A DNA stretch of 64,000 nucleotides, taken from positions 1 through 64,000 of the forward strand of contig NW_021833424.1 in assembly GCF_006345805.1 (NCBI RefSeq), read 5' to 3'. The position numbers were made by a program, and so were the translations under genes. Within the stretch, counting starts at the first letter, position 1; each line of letters starts with the position of its first letter. This document shows positions 38,508 through 52,031 of the stretch, one piece after another. Below the pieces are notes generated by a model. That model was not told the origin of the DNA and ran no database searches. It saw only the letters and a program-made list of their open reading frames with translations. This DNA comes from Octopus sinensis (Eukaryota).

Positions 38508-38892
38508 ATGCTTCAACACACGAACTCACATAAAGAATCTTGCAAACCAAATCTAAAAGCAACATAAATAATGAAGAAGAGGATATGTTTGGATATTACT
38601 TGCAAATTTTACAACAGTGAAACCCTTCCAAACGAAACTACAACAACATGAACGTATGTTGGCTGCGGTAAAATCCTTCCGACATTTTACGGCTTGTCAA
38701 ACGTCTCAACAGTAAATGCAAGACATAGTTTCAAATTATGGCAGAAAGCCCGATATTTCGGAAAGAGATTAAGTCGACTACAGCAACCGCAGTCAATACT
38801 TATTTTATTGACTTCGAAAGAACGGAAGACCAAGTCGACCGAAAGAACGGCATGTTAACGGTCCTGTAAACTCGCCGTCCTAAAATAGCAAA

Positions 38893-39286
38893 TCTCTCTA
38901 TACATAAAGGTGAAGTTTTCTGTGTATGGCAGGTTTGGTAGCCTTCAATTAACACTATCTCCTCCGAGACCCTGCGGCGCAAGTTGACCAAAATTGAGAG
39001 TTTGATAGAAGAAGGCTTGCTCTTAGTTCCGTAGAAGAAAAAATTCAAATCGGACTATGTTAACACCAAAAATTATTTACATCAAAAAGGTGCTTTTTTT
39101 CTATGAAAATCCCTATCTTTTTACGATTTTTTTTACTGTTGTGTCGCCATTTTTCGGTGTATTTCAACCAGAAAAATGTTCACTTAAAGAGAATAACAAG
39201 CTACATAATGTAAAATTTTTACTTTTCAAAAATTCCAATTCTAAAGGGTCGAAACAAACCCGAGCAACGCCGGGCGATACTGCTAG
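38893..39286 (+). mobile_element. Non-autonomous Helitron (394 bp)
   Basis: A|TC 5' end (TCTCTCTATACATAAA), subterminal hairpin CCCG-agcaacgc-CGGG (39259-39274), CTAG|T 3' end, no TSD. Confidence 0.8.
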
Positions 39287-40182
39287 TAATTAAGATATAT
39301 GACAAGACAGTTAGTACGCGCGGAACTCTACAAGCTGATAATTATAGGAACAACGAGAAGGAAGGGTTTTCTGTCTCACTCTGTAACGACCGGAGATAAC
39401 ATTGCCCTAGTTTAAATGAAAAATTAAGTTCCAACGTAGTACCTATTTTACGAAGGGTTAGTCTGAAAACCGAAATAAAACCAGGGTTCGAAAATGCAAA
39501 TTAAAACATGAACAAAACAATGAACAAAAATCATGCAACAAAAGTATATACAAGAAAAAATAACAGGTTAAAAACATTGTGAAAATAATCTTTAAAAAAA
39601 TAGACGTTATACAAGCAAAATAAACTAATATAATTAACGAGACTGAACCGAATGAATCGTTGGAAAGCCGGAAGGATTTAGACCAACGAAAGTGAAACAA
39701 GAACTGAAGAGAGAAAAATCTGAGTAAAATAAAAAGAGTAAGTTTTTAAGATTGAAACTGGGAATATAGAACGAATCTAAAGTTGGAAATAATTAAATAA
39801 ATCTAATCAGTGGAGGATCTTTCTGTGAACAAGTGAAGGGGCTGTCCAGTGATCACATTTAACAAGGACTTTTAGTAAATTCACTCCTGATTTTGTAGAA
39901 TTGGTGAAATCAGATACAAAAGTAAATACCTTCAGGATACGACAAATATTATTTGCTAAAACCGCAATTGTTACCAAAGATAGTGGCTTCTGTCAGAGAA
40001 ATGTCTCAAGAATTGCAAATGTAAGGAAATATCAAATTTTAAACGAATAACATTGGATTTAAAGCTGGAGAGAAAAACATTTAAAATCGAAAATAATAAT
40101 AATAAAAAAAGAAAGAAATTTCAATCTTTAATGAAATCAATAACGAAAGGGGAGACTTAAAGACAGGGAAAATAAATAGAGA

Positions 40183-40931
40183 GGGGACAAACAAGGACAG
40201 ACAAACGGATTAAGTCATTTACATCGACCCCAGTATGCAACTGGTACTTTATTTGTCGACCCCGAAAGGATGAAAGGCAAAGTCGACCTCGGCGGAATTT
40301 GAACTCAGAACGTAACGGCAGACGAAATACCTATTTCTTTACTACCCACAAGGGGCTAAACACAGAGAGGACAAACAAGGACAGAGAAAGGGATTAAGTC
40401 GATTACATCGACCCCAGTGCGTAACTGGTACTTTATTTATCGACCCCGAGAGGATGAAAGGCAAAGTCGACCTCGGCGGAATTTGAACTCAGAACGTAAC
40501 GGCAGACGAAATACCTATTTCTTTACTACCCACAAGGGGCTAAACACAGAGAGGACAAACAAGGACTGACAAACGGATTAAGTCGATTACATCGACCCCA
40601 GTGCGTAACTGGTACTTTATTTATCGACCCCGAAAGGATAAAAGGCAAAGTCGACCTCAGCAGAATTTGAACTCAGAACGTAAAGACAGACGAAATACCT
40701 ATTTCTTTACTACCCACAAGGGGCTAAACACAGAGAGGACAAACAAGGACAGACAAACGGATTAAGTCGATTACATCGACCCCAGTGCGTAACTGGTACT
40801 TTATTTAATCGGCCCCGAAAGGATGAAAGGCAAAGTCGACCTCGGCGGAATTTGAACTCAGAACGTAGCGGCAGACGAAATACCGCTAAGCATTTCGCCC
40901 GGTGTGCTAACGGTCCTGCCAGCTCGCCGCC
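40183..40931 (-). mobile_element. SINE family A tetramer: one head plus four body units of about 184 bp
   Basis: gacgaaatac recurs at 40321, 40505, 40689 and 40874; the head occurs only at 40880-40931. Confidence 0.9.
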
Positions 40932-42549
40932 GGTTTGAAATATAATATAAGCATCGTTGCTACGACTGGAATTGATCTGCTGAGCTTCCTCTCTTCGTTC
41001 CATGTGGCTTTGTGCCATTTTGCCTGTCTTGAAACTCAGTGTCTTCATTCAAATGCTGTTGTCCTTCCACGAATAAGGAAGTCTTTCCACGGTCATAGCT
41101 TTTCCCCACCTCGAACTCTTCCATCTCATTGTTCCTCCCCCCCCCCATTTATATGGCCAGCGCTCTTTCCAGTCTAAAGTAAATTCATCCTTTCCATTTT
41201 AATTTCTTCTTCTTCATAATTTTCTCTACTCTTTGATTAGGACTTTCAATTAGAAAAAAAAAGACTTAACCAACACCTAATAAAGGCTTCAAACAATTGA
41301 TCCTTACTAAGTGACAATGAATTTGTCGTTATGAAAAGTAACAACGATTCGATGACTCAAATAAATCGGAGAAAACAATTTTATCAAAAGTTGGTGAAAA
41401 CAGAATAGAAATCAGGGACAAATCAGCAGCAGGAGACGCAAAACAGTTTTACGGCGGGATTTGGATACGGAAGGACTTGTCACTGTGGAGGATGTTCGAA
41501 CTTAGAATATCATTTGGTGATGGGCAAGGATCGAACCGATTAATAAAAAGGAAGATCGAGTAAGAGACTGACATGGGTTGATTACTGGAAGGTTATAAGT
41601 CGTGGATTTTGAGCAGCAATACCAGTGGCTAGTGCAGCGGACTTGCGGTCTGAGGATCGCGGTTTCGATTCCCAGAAAGGGCGTTGTGTGTATTTATTGA
41701 GCAAAAACACCTAAAGCTCCTGTTGTACTCTTTCGTCCCAACTTTCTCTCACTCTTTCTTCCTGTTTCTTGTCCCCGACTTCCTACGCAACCGCTGAGCT
41801 GCTATTTCTAATGAGTTCAGTATGCGGCAAAGTAATTTATTTTACTAAGCCCTTTTATATAATGTAATAATTTGAATTCGCCTTAAATGGTCCCTTTGCA
41901 TACTGAATACTTGGTGAAATTGATTAATTAATTAATTTTACCCTCAATTGTTGAAATTATAATTCATCTCTCTCTATATAATGCCGCGGACTTTACCGAA
42001 AAAAGCATAGTGTTTACTGATTTTAACCCACGCTGGTGGAAAGGGGAGAGCAGAAATTCTTCGCTTGCATTTTTGGGTTTGTTGGCACTGTTAGTTGGGA
42101 GCAGATCTTCAGAAGCGAGAGGAAGCCGAAAGGGTATGCTCCCACTTTCAGTGTTTTCAAATCCAAACCAGGGAGTTCTGAGCTGATGATAGAAATGTCG
42201 TGTTGACTAATCTTGAAACGAATACGTTCTCAAATAACCTTTGCACTTGATTTTTTAATGTCTCTACCCCCATATTTGCGTGAGTTGAATTGAGCAAACA
42301 CTATATGAGAGAGGTTTTCTTTAAGTATTAGAAATAGTTTTAAAAAAGTTTTTTAGCTGCTATTTCTAATGAGTTCAGTATGCGGCAAAGTAATTTATTT
42401 TACTAAGCCCTTTTATATAATGTAATAATATATATATATATATATATAAGACTTGTTTTATTTATATTTCCTGAGCGCCATACTAATACAATTGTTTGTT
42501 TGTTTTCCACCTGCCTTCGTCTTTTGTCTATTTTCATAAAGCTTCCCGT

Positions 42550-42584
<35 letters not shown>

Positions 42585-42725
42585 GATATAGATATACGAC
42601 GGGTTTCCGTCAACCAAATCCACTCCCAAGGCTTTGGTCGGCCCGAGACTCTAGCAGAAGACACTTGCCTATGGTGCCATGCAGTTCCTACACCTGTCTT
42701 CGTCTTTTGTTATTCTATAAATTTG

Positions 42726-42760
<35 letters not shown>

Positions 42761-42764
<4 letters not shown>

Positions 42765-42878
42765 AAGAGGTAAATATATGGCACAACGAGTACCGATATT
42801 TACTGGAAATAGCGAACGTAATAATATATTTTCCAGTAAATATCGGTACTTCGTTGTGCCATATTTTACCTCTTTGTA
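42761..42878. repeat. Fold-back element with arms of about 49 bp in a (TA)n region
   Basis: 42761-42809 and about 42830-42878 are near-perfect reverse complements. Confidence 0.9.
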
Positions 42879-42954
42879 TAATTTTCCCTCGCGGGCTATT
42901 CTCTACTGGAAAGGCAATACTCTCGTATTGCATTACTAATTTTATATATATATG

Positions 42955-43013
<59 letters not shown>

Positions 43014-43279
43014 ATATGTATGTATGTATGTATTTATTTTTTGTATATATGTATATATGTATATATATATGTATATATATATATTTATGTATGTATGTAT
43101 ATATATACGTATGTATATATATGTACGTGTATATATATGTATGTATATATGTGTGTGTACATATATATACATACATGCATGTACACACATATATATATAT
43201 TTATGTACGTTTATATATATATATACACATACATATATATATACATATGTATGTGTATATATATATATACATACATACA

Positions 43280-43315
<36 letters not shown>

Positions 43316-43433
43316 GTCATGTATATATATATATGTATACGTATGTACATATGTATGCACGTAGGTATATATAGATGTACGTACGTAAATTCACACATAC
43401 GTATGTATATATATACATATATATGTATGTATG

Positions 43434-43474
<41 letters not shown>

Positions 43475-43699
43475 AGTATTTTATATATATGTACCATTGA
43501 AAGATTCACTTTAATCAGAGTAAATATCGAAAAGTGAACAACTTTAGAAATTCTCAGACGATAAGATAATTCATTATAATCATCATTAAAATTTAAAATG
43601 ACTTAATCCCTTCCTTCTAATCTCAGCTATTCATCAAGAAATCTGTTAAATGCCACTAATGTACTTAAGTTATACATCTAACATCATAAATCCTCTTCT

Positions 43700-44083
43700 C
43701 TCTTTCTTCATCTTGATTTTACTGTTGTTGTTGTTGTTGTTAGTGAGGTGGTTAAATGATGTTCGTTTGTGGTTGGTACTAGTTTTGCTGTTCTTGATGT
43801 TGTTGTCGTTGCTCTTGTTGCTCATGTTGTTGCTGCTGCTGCTGATGATGATGATGAGGAGGAGGAGGATGATGATGATGGTGTTGCTTTTGCTGTTGTG
43901 GTTGTTTTTCTCGTTGTTCTTGTTAATAATGTTTATGACAAGTAGCCTTTCGTTCTTGCTCATTTTTTGTGTTATTTCTACCACTACTACTACTACCACC
44001 ACCACCACCACCACCACCACCACCACCACTACTACTACTACAACTACTACTACTACTACTACTACTTCTGCTGCTACTAATAC

Positions 44084-44114
<31 letters not shown>

Positions 44115-44121
44115 GCTGCTG

Positions 44122-44154
<33 letters not shown>

Positions 44155-44174
44155 ATACTACTACCACCACCACC

Positions 44175-44237
<63 letters not shown>

Positions 44238-44295
44238 GATAATGATAATAGTGATAATGATAATAATGATAATAATGATGATAATGATAATAATG

Positions 44296-44332
<37 letters not shown>

Positions 44333-44360
44333 TAATAATAATGATGATGATGATAATATC
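43700..44360. repeat. Compound trinucleotide microsatellite (TGT/TGC/TGA/GGA, then CCA/CTA/TAA)
   Basis: Directly visible; source of the poly-T/N/V ORFs. Confidence 0.95.
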
Positions 44361-44495
44361 TGTCCCATTATTATATGCATATAAACCAAACCCCTTTAAG
44401 AAGTATCATATAATTGGAGAGAGTATCACATGTTCGTATGTACGAGTGTATGTGTATATCTATATATGTCTGTGTGTGTGTACATACACACATAA

Positions 44496-44528
<33 letters not shown>

Positions 44529-45009
44529 CACACACACACGCACAAACATATAGAGATTGTGAGGAGAGGAGAGATATTAGGGATAGTGACGAAAGGAGGG
44601 ATAAAGAGGTAATGTGTATACATACTTACGCACACACACATACGCGTGCGCACACGCACACACACGCGCACACACACACACGCGCACACACACATGCATG
44701 TATACACACACAGTTTGGATGAGACAAGCTGACACAGTGACACAGACAGACAGATAACATGAGAAAGACATTAAAGAAAAGAAGTATGACATTTCGATTC
44801 TGTTGGTACCTTAATGGTACCGAATCCATAACTTCGCACAGTACCCCAACTCTTAAATGTACCCACCTCTATAGTTGCAGTACGCATGGCATCACAACGG
44901 TATATAGTACTGCAGTTCTATTAATAACACGACCATATTTAATAGAGATAATAGACACTCTACAGCTATAGATACAGCCGCGTCACCATTGACGCCACGC
45001 CTATTCATA

Positions 45010-45590
45010 TTATCCTTTCTACTAAAGGCACAAAATTTGTAGGAGAGGGGACTAGTACATTACATCGACCCCAGTGCGTAACTGGTACTTAATTTATCGA
45101 TCCCGAAAGGATGAAAGGCAAAGTCGACTTGAGCGGAATTTGAACTCAGAACGTAGCGACGAGCGTAATACCTGTTTCTTTATTACCTAGAAGGGGATAA
45201 AAACAGAGAGGATAAAAAAGGACAGACAAACGGATTAAATCGATTACATCGACCCCAGTGAGTAACTGGTACTTATTTAATCGAGCTCGAAAGGATGAAA
45301 GGCAAAGTTGACCTCTGCGGAATTTGAACTCAGAACGTAGCGGCAGACGAAATACCTATTTCTTTACTACTCCCAAGGGGCTAAACACAGAGAGGACAAA
45401 CAAGGACAGACAAAGGGATTAAGTCGATTATATCGACCCCAGTGCGGAACTGATACTTATTTAATCGACACCAAAAAGATGAAAGGCAAAGTCGACCTGA
45501 GCGGAATTTGAACTCAGAACGTAGCGACGGGCGTAATACTGCTAAGCATCTCGTCCAGCGCGCTAACGATTCTGCTAGCTCGCCGCTTTA
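45010..45590 (-). mobile_element. SINE family A trimer ending in the short-type tail
   Basis: gaactcagaac at 45142, 45326 and 45510 (period 184); single head. Confidence 0.9.
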
Positions 45591-45604
45591 AGCTCCTATT
45601 TACA

Positions 45605-45990
45605 TAGTCGTTGCACTCCATCGGTTGTGACGACGAGGATTCCAGTTGATCCGATCACCATCAACGGAACAGCCTGCTCGTGAAATTAACGTGCAAGTGG
45701 CTGAGCACTCCACAGTCACGTGTACCCTTAACATAGTTCTCGGGGAGATTCAGCGTGACGCAGAGTGTGACAAGGCTGGCCCTTTGAAATACAGGTACAA
45801 CAGAAACAAGAAGAAAGAGTGAGAGAAAGTTGTGGTGAAAGAGTACAGCAGGGTTCGTCACCACCCGCTGCCGGAGCCTCGTGGAGCTCTAAGTGTTTGC
45901 GCTCAATAAACATTCACAATGCCCGGGCTGGGAATCGAAACCACGATCCTACGACTACCACCCTAACCACTGGGCCATTGCACCTCCACT
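45605..45990 (-). mobile_element. SINE family C variant with an extra internal segment
   Basis: C tail at 45605-45795, extra segment at 45800-45890, tRNA-like head at about 45900-45990. Confidence 0.7.
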
Positions 45991-46132
45991 AATTATAGAG
46001 TACTACAGCTCTACAACTAGCAGAGCACTAACGTTAAAACCTATAGAATTTAAGAGTCATTAATAGAAAGTTGAAGTTTGTTAGAATTAGCAGTCAAATG
46101 ACCCTCAAATCATAATTTACTCACTTGGAAAA

Positions 46133-46335
46133 AGGCGGCGAGCTGGCAGAATGGTTAGCACGCCGGGCGAAATGCTGAGAGGTATTTCATCTATCTTTAC
46201 ATTCTGAGTTCAAATTCCGCCGAGGCCGACTTTGCCTTTCATCCTTCAGGGGTCGATAAACTAAGTACCAGTTGCCTACTGGAGTCGATCTAAACGACTG
46301 GCCCCTTCCCAAAAATTTCAGACCTTGTGCCTTGA
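46133..46335 (+). mobile_element. SINE family A, short-tail type
   Basis: Head and body, then gactggccccttcccaaaaatttcagaccttgtgcct. Confidence 0.85.
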
Positions 46336-46816
46336 ATAAAAAATAATTTACTCACTTGGAAAGTAAATGGATCTAAATGATAGTGTATACCTCGATAGAC
46401 GTAAACAAAGAAATATGCACTTAATCATAGGTTTGCTAATAAAGCACTACTACAAACACTACCTCACTCACCACACCCCCTTGAATACTACTTATACCAC
46501 TTCAAAAGGCAATACACTGTTACAAACACTAGCCCCCACCACTACAAAGATTATCACAAGACTATCGTACTTCTACGTTGCCAGTACACCGATAAGAAAC
46601 TTACTACAACACCGTTTGAAACAATTCCACCCAGCTGGCAACCATACCACACTATTTTAAATAGAACCGCTCTAAACACTGCTTCAGCACTACAAACAGC
46701 TCTTAAGACCACCATATTTCTAGAAATGCCACCACGCCACGGCAAACAGCTCCACTCTTCTTTAAATGTCACGACATTATTCAAACACTATTATGTTACT
46801 ACTTACACACTTAGTG

Positions 46817-46895
46817 CAGTGGTTCCCAACTTGGGGTCAGCGGATCCCTGGTGGTCAGCAAAGATAGTCCTGGGAGTCCGTGGACTAAATTCAAA

Positions 46896-46935
<40 letters not shown>

Positions 46936-47071
46936 GTATGTCTGTATGTATGTATGTATGTATGTATGTATGTATGTATTATGTATGTATGTATGTATGT
47001 ATGTATGTACGTATGTATGTATATGTATGTATATATGTATGTATGTATGTATGTATATGTATGTACGTATG

Positions 47072-47122
<51 letters not shown>

Positions 47123-47137
47123 GTATGTATATATTAT

Positions 47138-47168
<31 letters not shown>

Positions 47169-47232
47169 TATATATATATGATAGGAATATTAAAAGTGGC
47201 CCCTGTAAAATTAAAAAGGTTGGGAACTACTG
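46817..47232. mobile_element. hAT-type MITE with an expanded internal microsatellite
   Basis: TIRs CAGTGGTTCCCAAC / GTTGGGAACTACTG; no 8-bp TSD visible. Confidence 0.65.
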
Positions 47233-47249
47233 TAAAATGGTTGGAAAAC

Positions 47250-47562
47250 ACTGGCTTAGTGCTTAGAGCATTCGGCTCACGACCACAAGGTCGTGGGTTC
47301 AATTCCCGGCTGTGCTTTATGTCCTTGAGCAAGACACTTTATTTCACGTTGCTCCAGTCCACTCAGCTGGCAAAAATGGATTGTACCTGTAATTCAAAGG
47401 GGGGGGGGGCTGCCTTGTCAGACTCTATGTCACGCCGAATCTCCCGGAGACCTACGTTAAAGGGCCGCGTGTCTGTGGAGTGCTCAGCACGTTAATTTCA
47501 CGAGCAGGCTGTTCCTTTGATCGGATCAATTGGAATGCTCGTCGTCGTAACCGACGGAGTAC
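47250..47562 (+). mobile_element. SINE family C
   Basis: Head, tgtccttgagcaagacactt and tail cgtcgtaaccgacggagtac. Further copies at 49285-49560 and 50232-50558. Confidence 0.85.
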
Positions 47563-50231
47563 CAGTTTATAACACCACCAACCTGCCACTACATTTAACT
47601 ACAACCACTACGACACCACAACATATAGAATCATCACTAGAAATACGAACCCACAACTAGAAGCACCACCACGCGGCACTATATCTGTTACCACAACACT
47701 GCTATAAACACCAACACACCACTGGGAGGACTAGTACTAGTACATTATAATTACCACCACAGCACTGTTACATTACCACTCCACTTTAAACACCACTAAA
47801 AATACCACCGCACCTTTAAAAACTGCTCCACTCCACTGCAGCAACATCAATCTATCTTAAACACCGCCACACTATTACAAACTCCCCACACGACACCAAA
47901 CACGAGCATATCTCTACATCACCACCGCCACCGCTTTATAAATATCACCACACCTTTACAAACTCCCCCACACCCCTACATACGCCACCGCTATATCTAC
48001 ATCTTCCCCCACTACACACACTGCCCCACACCACTGCAAAACACAACACGCCATCTCTACCCCCACCACTTCGAACGCCACCGCCACACCTTTAAAAACA
48101 GCCTCCCCCACATACACCCCTCCGAACGCCACTACACCACCTCGACGTCATAACAGCTTTTATAAAACATTGGAGAAATGATAAGGAATCATATGTCAGA
48201 TAAAAATGCGGAGAAGTCTGACCTAGAACAGCTTGGAAATGTGTGTGCGTGCAGTGGTGTGTGTGTGTTGTGTGTGTGTGTGTGTATGCGCGCGCGCGTG
48301 TGTGTGTGTGTGTGTGTGTATGTGTGTGTGTGTGGTTGTGTGTATGTGTGGTTGTGTATTTTTGTTTTCGTGTAAACATTGACTTCAATCCTATAAAACC
48401 TTAGAAATCCGTTCTAGAAACTTCTCCAGTCTTAATTTTCTATTTCTAATTAGCGCACTAATGAAGGTGTAGCCTTATACAAGAAACTTGTTTTCTGGGC
48501 TTTTTTTTTTTTTTTCCTTTTCTTTTCAGGTGTTAAATGAAACCCCAAATAAAGGTGAATGCTCTCCCGTTATCAAGTATTATCCGCAGAAAGAACTTCG
48601 TCTATATATCGCGAGAGATAATTGATAAATCTTAAAAGACACAAGATTAACTGCAAAATAAAAATGCAACGAAACAAACTTGGTCATAAGTTAAAACTGA
48701 AAACATTCACGCATCTTGCTTCTGTAATTTTGACCATTTTAAAATGGCGATTTCAAGTTTGCTAATTAAATTATATTTTTCAATAGGTAATTATATCAAA
48801 ATCTTTCTTTTTACAGCTGTGACCCGATCATTAATTCTCATCTTCTTTCTATCTTCATCATCGTTTTAATTATATTATTGGAGTTAATTTCATTAACGAA
48901 GGTAGGTTTTGATAAGCTTCGTAAGAAAACAAACGGAGACAGAAAGTAAATATTTAATGTCGGAATGTAGAAAGAAGGAATTGGAACATGGCGATGGAAT
49001 GGATGCGGTGGGGGCGGGGACATTGATATTTCACACCGTTCCAGACCATTGTGATTGACGAGCTAAAGCAATCCTACAACTTTGAGATAACGAGTTCGTA
49101 CCCTCTCCACAGCAGAATGAGATTATTATATATATATATTAAAAAAAAACATTGTAAAGTTTTCTATAGTTTTCTATTGTGCCGATCAATGAGTGGAGCT
49201 GGTAGACGGAAACTTTGAGGAAGCCTGTCGTATAAATGTGTGTGAGTGTGTGTGCGTGTGTGTGTGTGTGTGTTTGTGCTTGTGTGAGGGCGTGTGGCTC
49301 CCAATCGTAACGTCGTGAGTTCGATCCCCGGCTTCGCGTTGTGTCCTTGAGCAAGACACTTTATTTCTCATTGATCCATCCACTCAGCTTGCAAGAAATG
49401 AGTAGGACCTGTATTTCGTGTCACGCTGAATCCCCCTGAGAACTCCGTTAAGGGTTCATATGTCTGTGGAGTGCTCAGCCACTTGCACGTCGATTTCTGG
49501 AGTTGGCTATTCCGTTGACTGGATCACTTGGAACCCTCGTCGTCGCAACCGACGGAATGTGCTAATTTTTGCACTTGTCCTCCATCACTGCTAGATAACC
49601 GGTGTTGGCTGGTTTGCATACGTCTGCGAAACTTAACGATTCGGCAAAAGACGTCTGATTCAATAAGTAGCAGTTTTAAAATGAGTGCTGGGGTTTATTT
49701 GTTTGACTATACTTTTCAGGAATGTAGAAAGAAGAAATTGAAACATGGCGATGGAATGGATGCGGCCCCAGCATGGCCGTTGTCCAATGACTGAAACAGG
49801 TAAATCAACGAAACAACAAAAGATAAAATTAAATAAGGAACAAAAGGGTTTAAGATTCTTTGTAGACCCCCTCAGTGGAGAGGAGAGAGAGAGGGGAGGG
49901 ATAGAGAGGAAGAGAGAAAGGAGGGGAGAGATAGAGAGGGAGGGAGAGCGAGGAGGGAGAGAGAAAGATAGGGAGAGAGAGAAGTAGAGAGAGAGGGAGA
50001 GAGAGAGGGAGAGAGAAGGAGAAAGTGAGGGTGAGAGAGAAGTAGAGAGACAGGGAGAGAGAGAAGGAGAAAGTGAGGGAGAGGGGGGAGAGGGGGAGAG
50101 AGAGAGAGAGAGATGAAATGTTTACTGAAACCACTTTCTCGTTCGTTCGTTGTTTCGACGCCATTTTTTGCTTCCTCGTTGCAAACTAGTTTATTCTCAC
50201 TTGTAAATATTTCCTACTTACTATTTACCAA

Positions 50232-50558
50232 CGTGAAGGCGCGTGGCTTAGTGGTTAGGGCATTCGGTTCAAGATCGTATGGTCGTGAGTTCAATTCCCA
50301 GCGACGCGTTACGTCCTTGAGCAAGACACTTTATTTCACTTTGCTCCAGTCCACTCAGGTGGAAAAAATGAGTAGTACCTGTATTTCAAGGGGCCAGCTT
50401 TGTCACACTGTATCACACTGAATCTCCCTGGGAACTACGTTAAGGGTACACACACATGTCTGTGGAGTACTCAGCCACTTGCATGTTAATTTCAAGAGCA
50501 GGCTGTTCTGTTGATTGTATCAGCTGGGACCCTCGTCATCGTAACCGACGGAGTGCTC
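50232..50558 (+). mobile_element. SINE family C, full length
   Basis: gcgcgtggcttagtggttagggcattcgg to cgtaaccgacggagtgc. Confidence 0.9.
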
Positions 50559-51986
50559 CTTAATTTAGCAACACAGATATCTACTACTTTTCTTAACTCA
50601 TATTTGATACTAGTAATAATTGATTTGTATTAGATGATTGCAATTATGATTATCTGAACAGGTAGATATATCAAGCTACCTGTTTGTGAAAAATGTTCTG
50701 TCATATACTGTGGTGTTAATTTGTGTTGTTGTTGTTGTTGTTGTTGCTGAAAAAGTTGAGGACCATGATGTTGATGATGATCATCATCAGCATCATAATA
50801 GCATGTTGCCCCAGGTCTACCTTTGGTACCAGAGTGGTCGATCAAACGACATCTCATGACCACCGTGTCTCTATTCTTAGTATTGTTTAGCCCTAGGTTA
50901 TATCAATCGTACGTGAATTGTCGGATCAACTACAAGACACGATCTGTCATTGATGTGTAATCCCTGAGTCATTGTAATGTCACGAGGATGGTTAATAAAT
51001 CAACAAGGTACGATTTTGTTTCATCGTTCGACCAATGTCCCTGCTGTGAAGCTCCCGTTTCATTATCAAACAGTTTGGCTTAGAACCACATGTGGTAGCT
51101 TAGAACCACATGATTACAAGTCGTGAGTTCGGTAGCGTGATTAGTTGGTCGACTGATCATATAGAACGGCTCTCCGTGACACATGTATACATGTATATCT
51201 ACATGTTACATTGACACAACGTGGTACAAAGGCAACACATATTGCTGCCATCCTTCCTCTCATTCACTAGCCTTCTTTAAAACAAGATGGCCGACTTTAC
51301 CCTCATGTAACTCTGTCAAGTCCGGAGCTAAGCTTATTCTGTATTACATTACATTACATTATATTATATTATACACACTCACAAGCATATATGTATGAAT
51401 GTATGCATGTATGTATGTATGTATGTATGTATGTATGTATGTATGTATGTATGTATGTATGTATGTATGTATGTATGTATGTATGTATGTATGTATGTAT
51501 GTATGTATGTGTGCATGTATGTATGTATGTATGTATGTATGTATGTATGTATGTATGTATGTATGTATGTATGTATGTATGTATGTGGTAGTATTAATTT
51601 TAGTAGATCATGTAGCCATCCGTCTGCGTAATATTTTAAAGTTGATTGAGTGCTACTTGATGGATATCTAACTCTTGTTTTCACCAGATCACGTCATTTA
51701 ATGCTAACTTCCTCGTTAGATTTTGTAAACAAGGACATATGAACTGAAGCAAGCTCTTGGATTAGGGGGACGATCCATAAGTGTATATAAGCGTAGCGCC
51801 GTCCCAGGTGACATTACCTGACAAAATGATCAACAACAACAACAGGGTCCTCAACTTCTTCAACAACAACAAGTTCATCATCAGCATCAGCAGCAACAAC
51901 ACAAATTAGCAATACAATATATGATAGAACACTTTTGTCACTTTGAAAACTCTATATTTCGAACCGGAATCTGGTCGAACGATTAT

Positions 51987-52031
51987 TCTGTTCTGATGAA
52001 GGAAAATAACCCGGAAATCGCGATAAACAGA
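51987..52031 (+). ncRNA. Type-I hammerhead ribozyme motif
   Basis: TCTGTT-CTGATGA-A-GG-AAAATAAC-CC-G-GAAAT-CGCG-ATA|AACAGA. 6-bp stem I, palindromic stem III AUCGCGAU, AUA triplet. Confidence 0.7.

Noticed and set aside
40183-40931. Regular array resembling a CRISPR or retrozyme
   Set aside because: The units are near-identical 184-bp SINE bodies with no unique spacers, and no hammerhead core was found on either strand of the unit.
43650-44553. 244/239/194-aa ORFs with poly-T/N/V/L
   Set aside because: Trinucleotide microsatellite artefacts.
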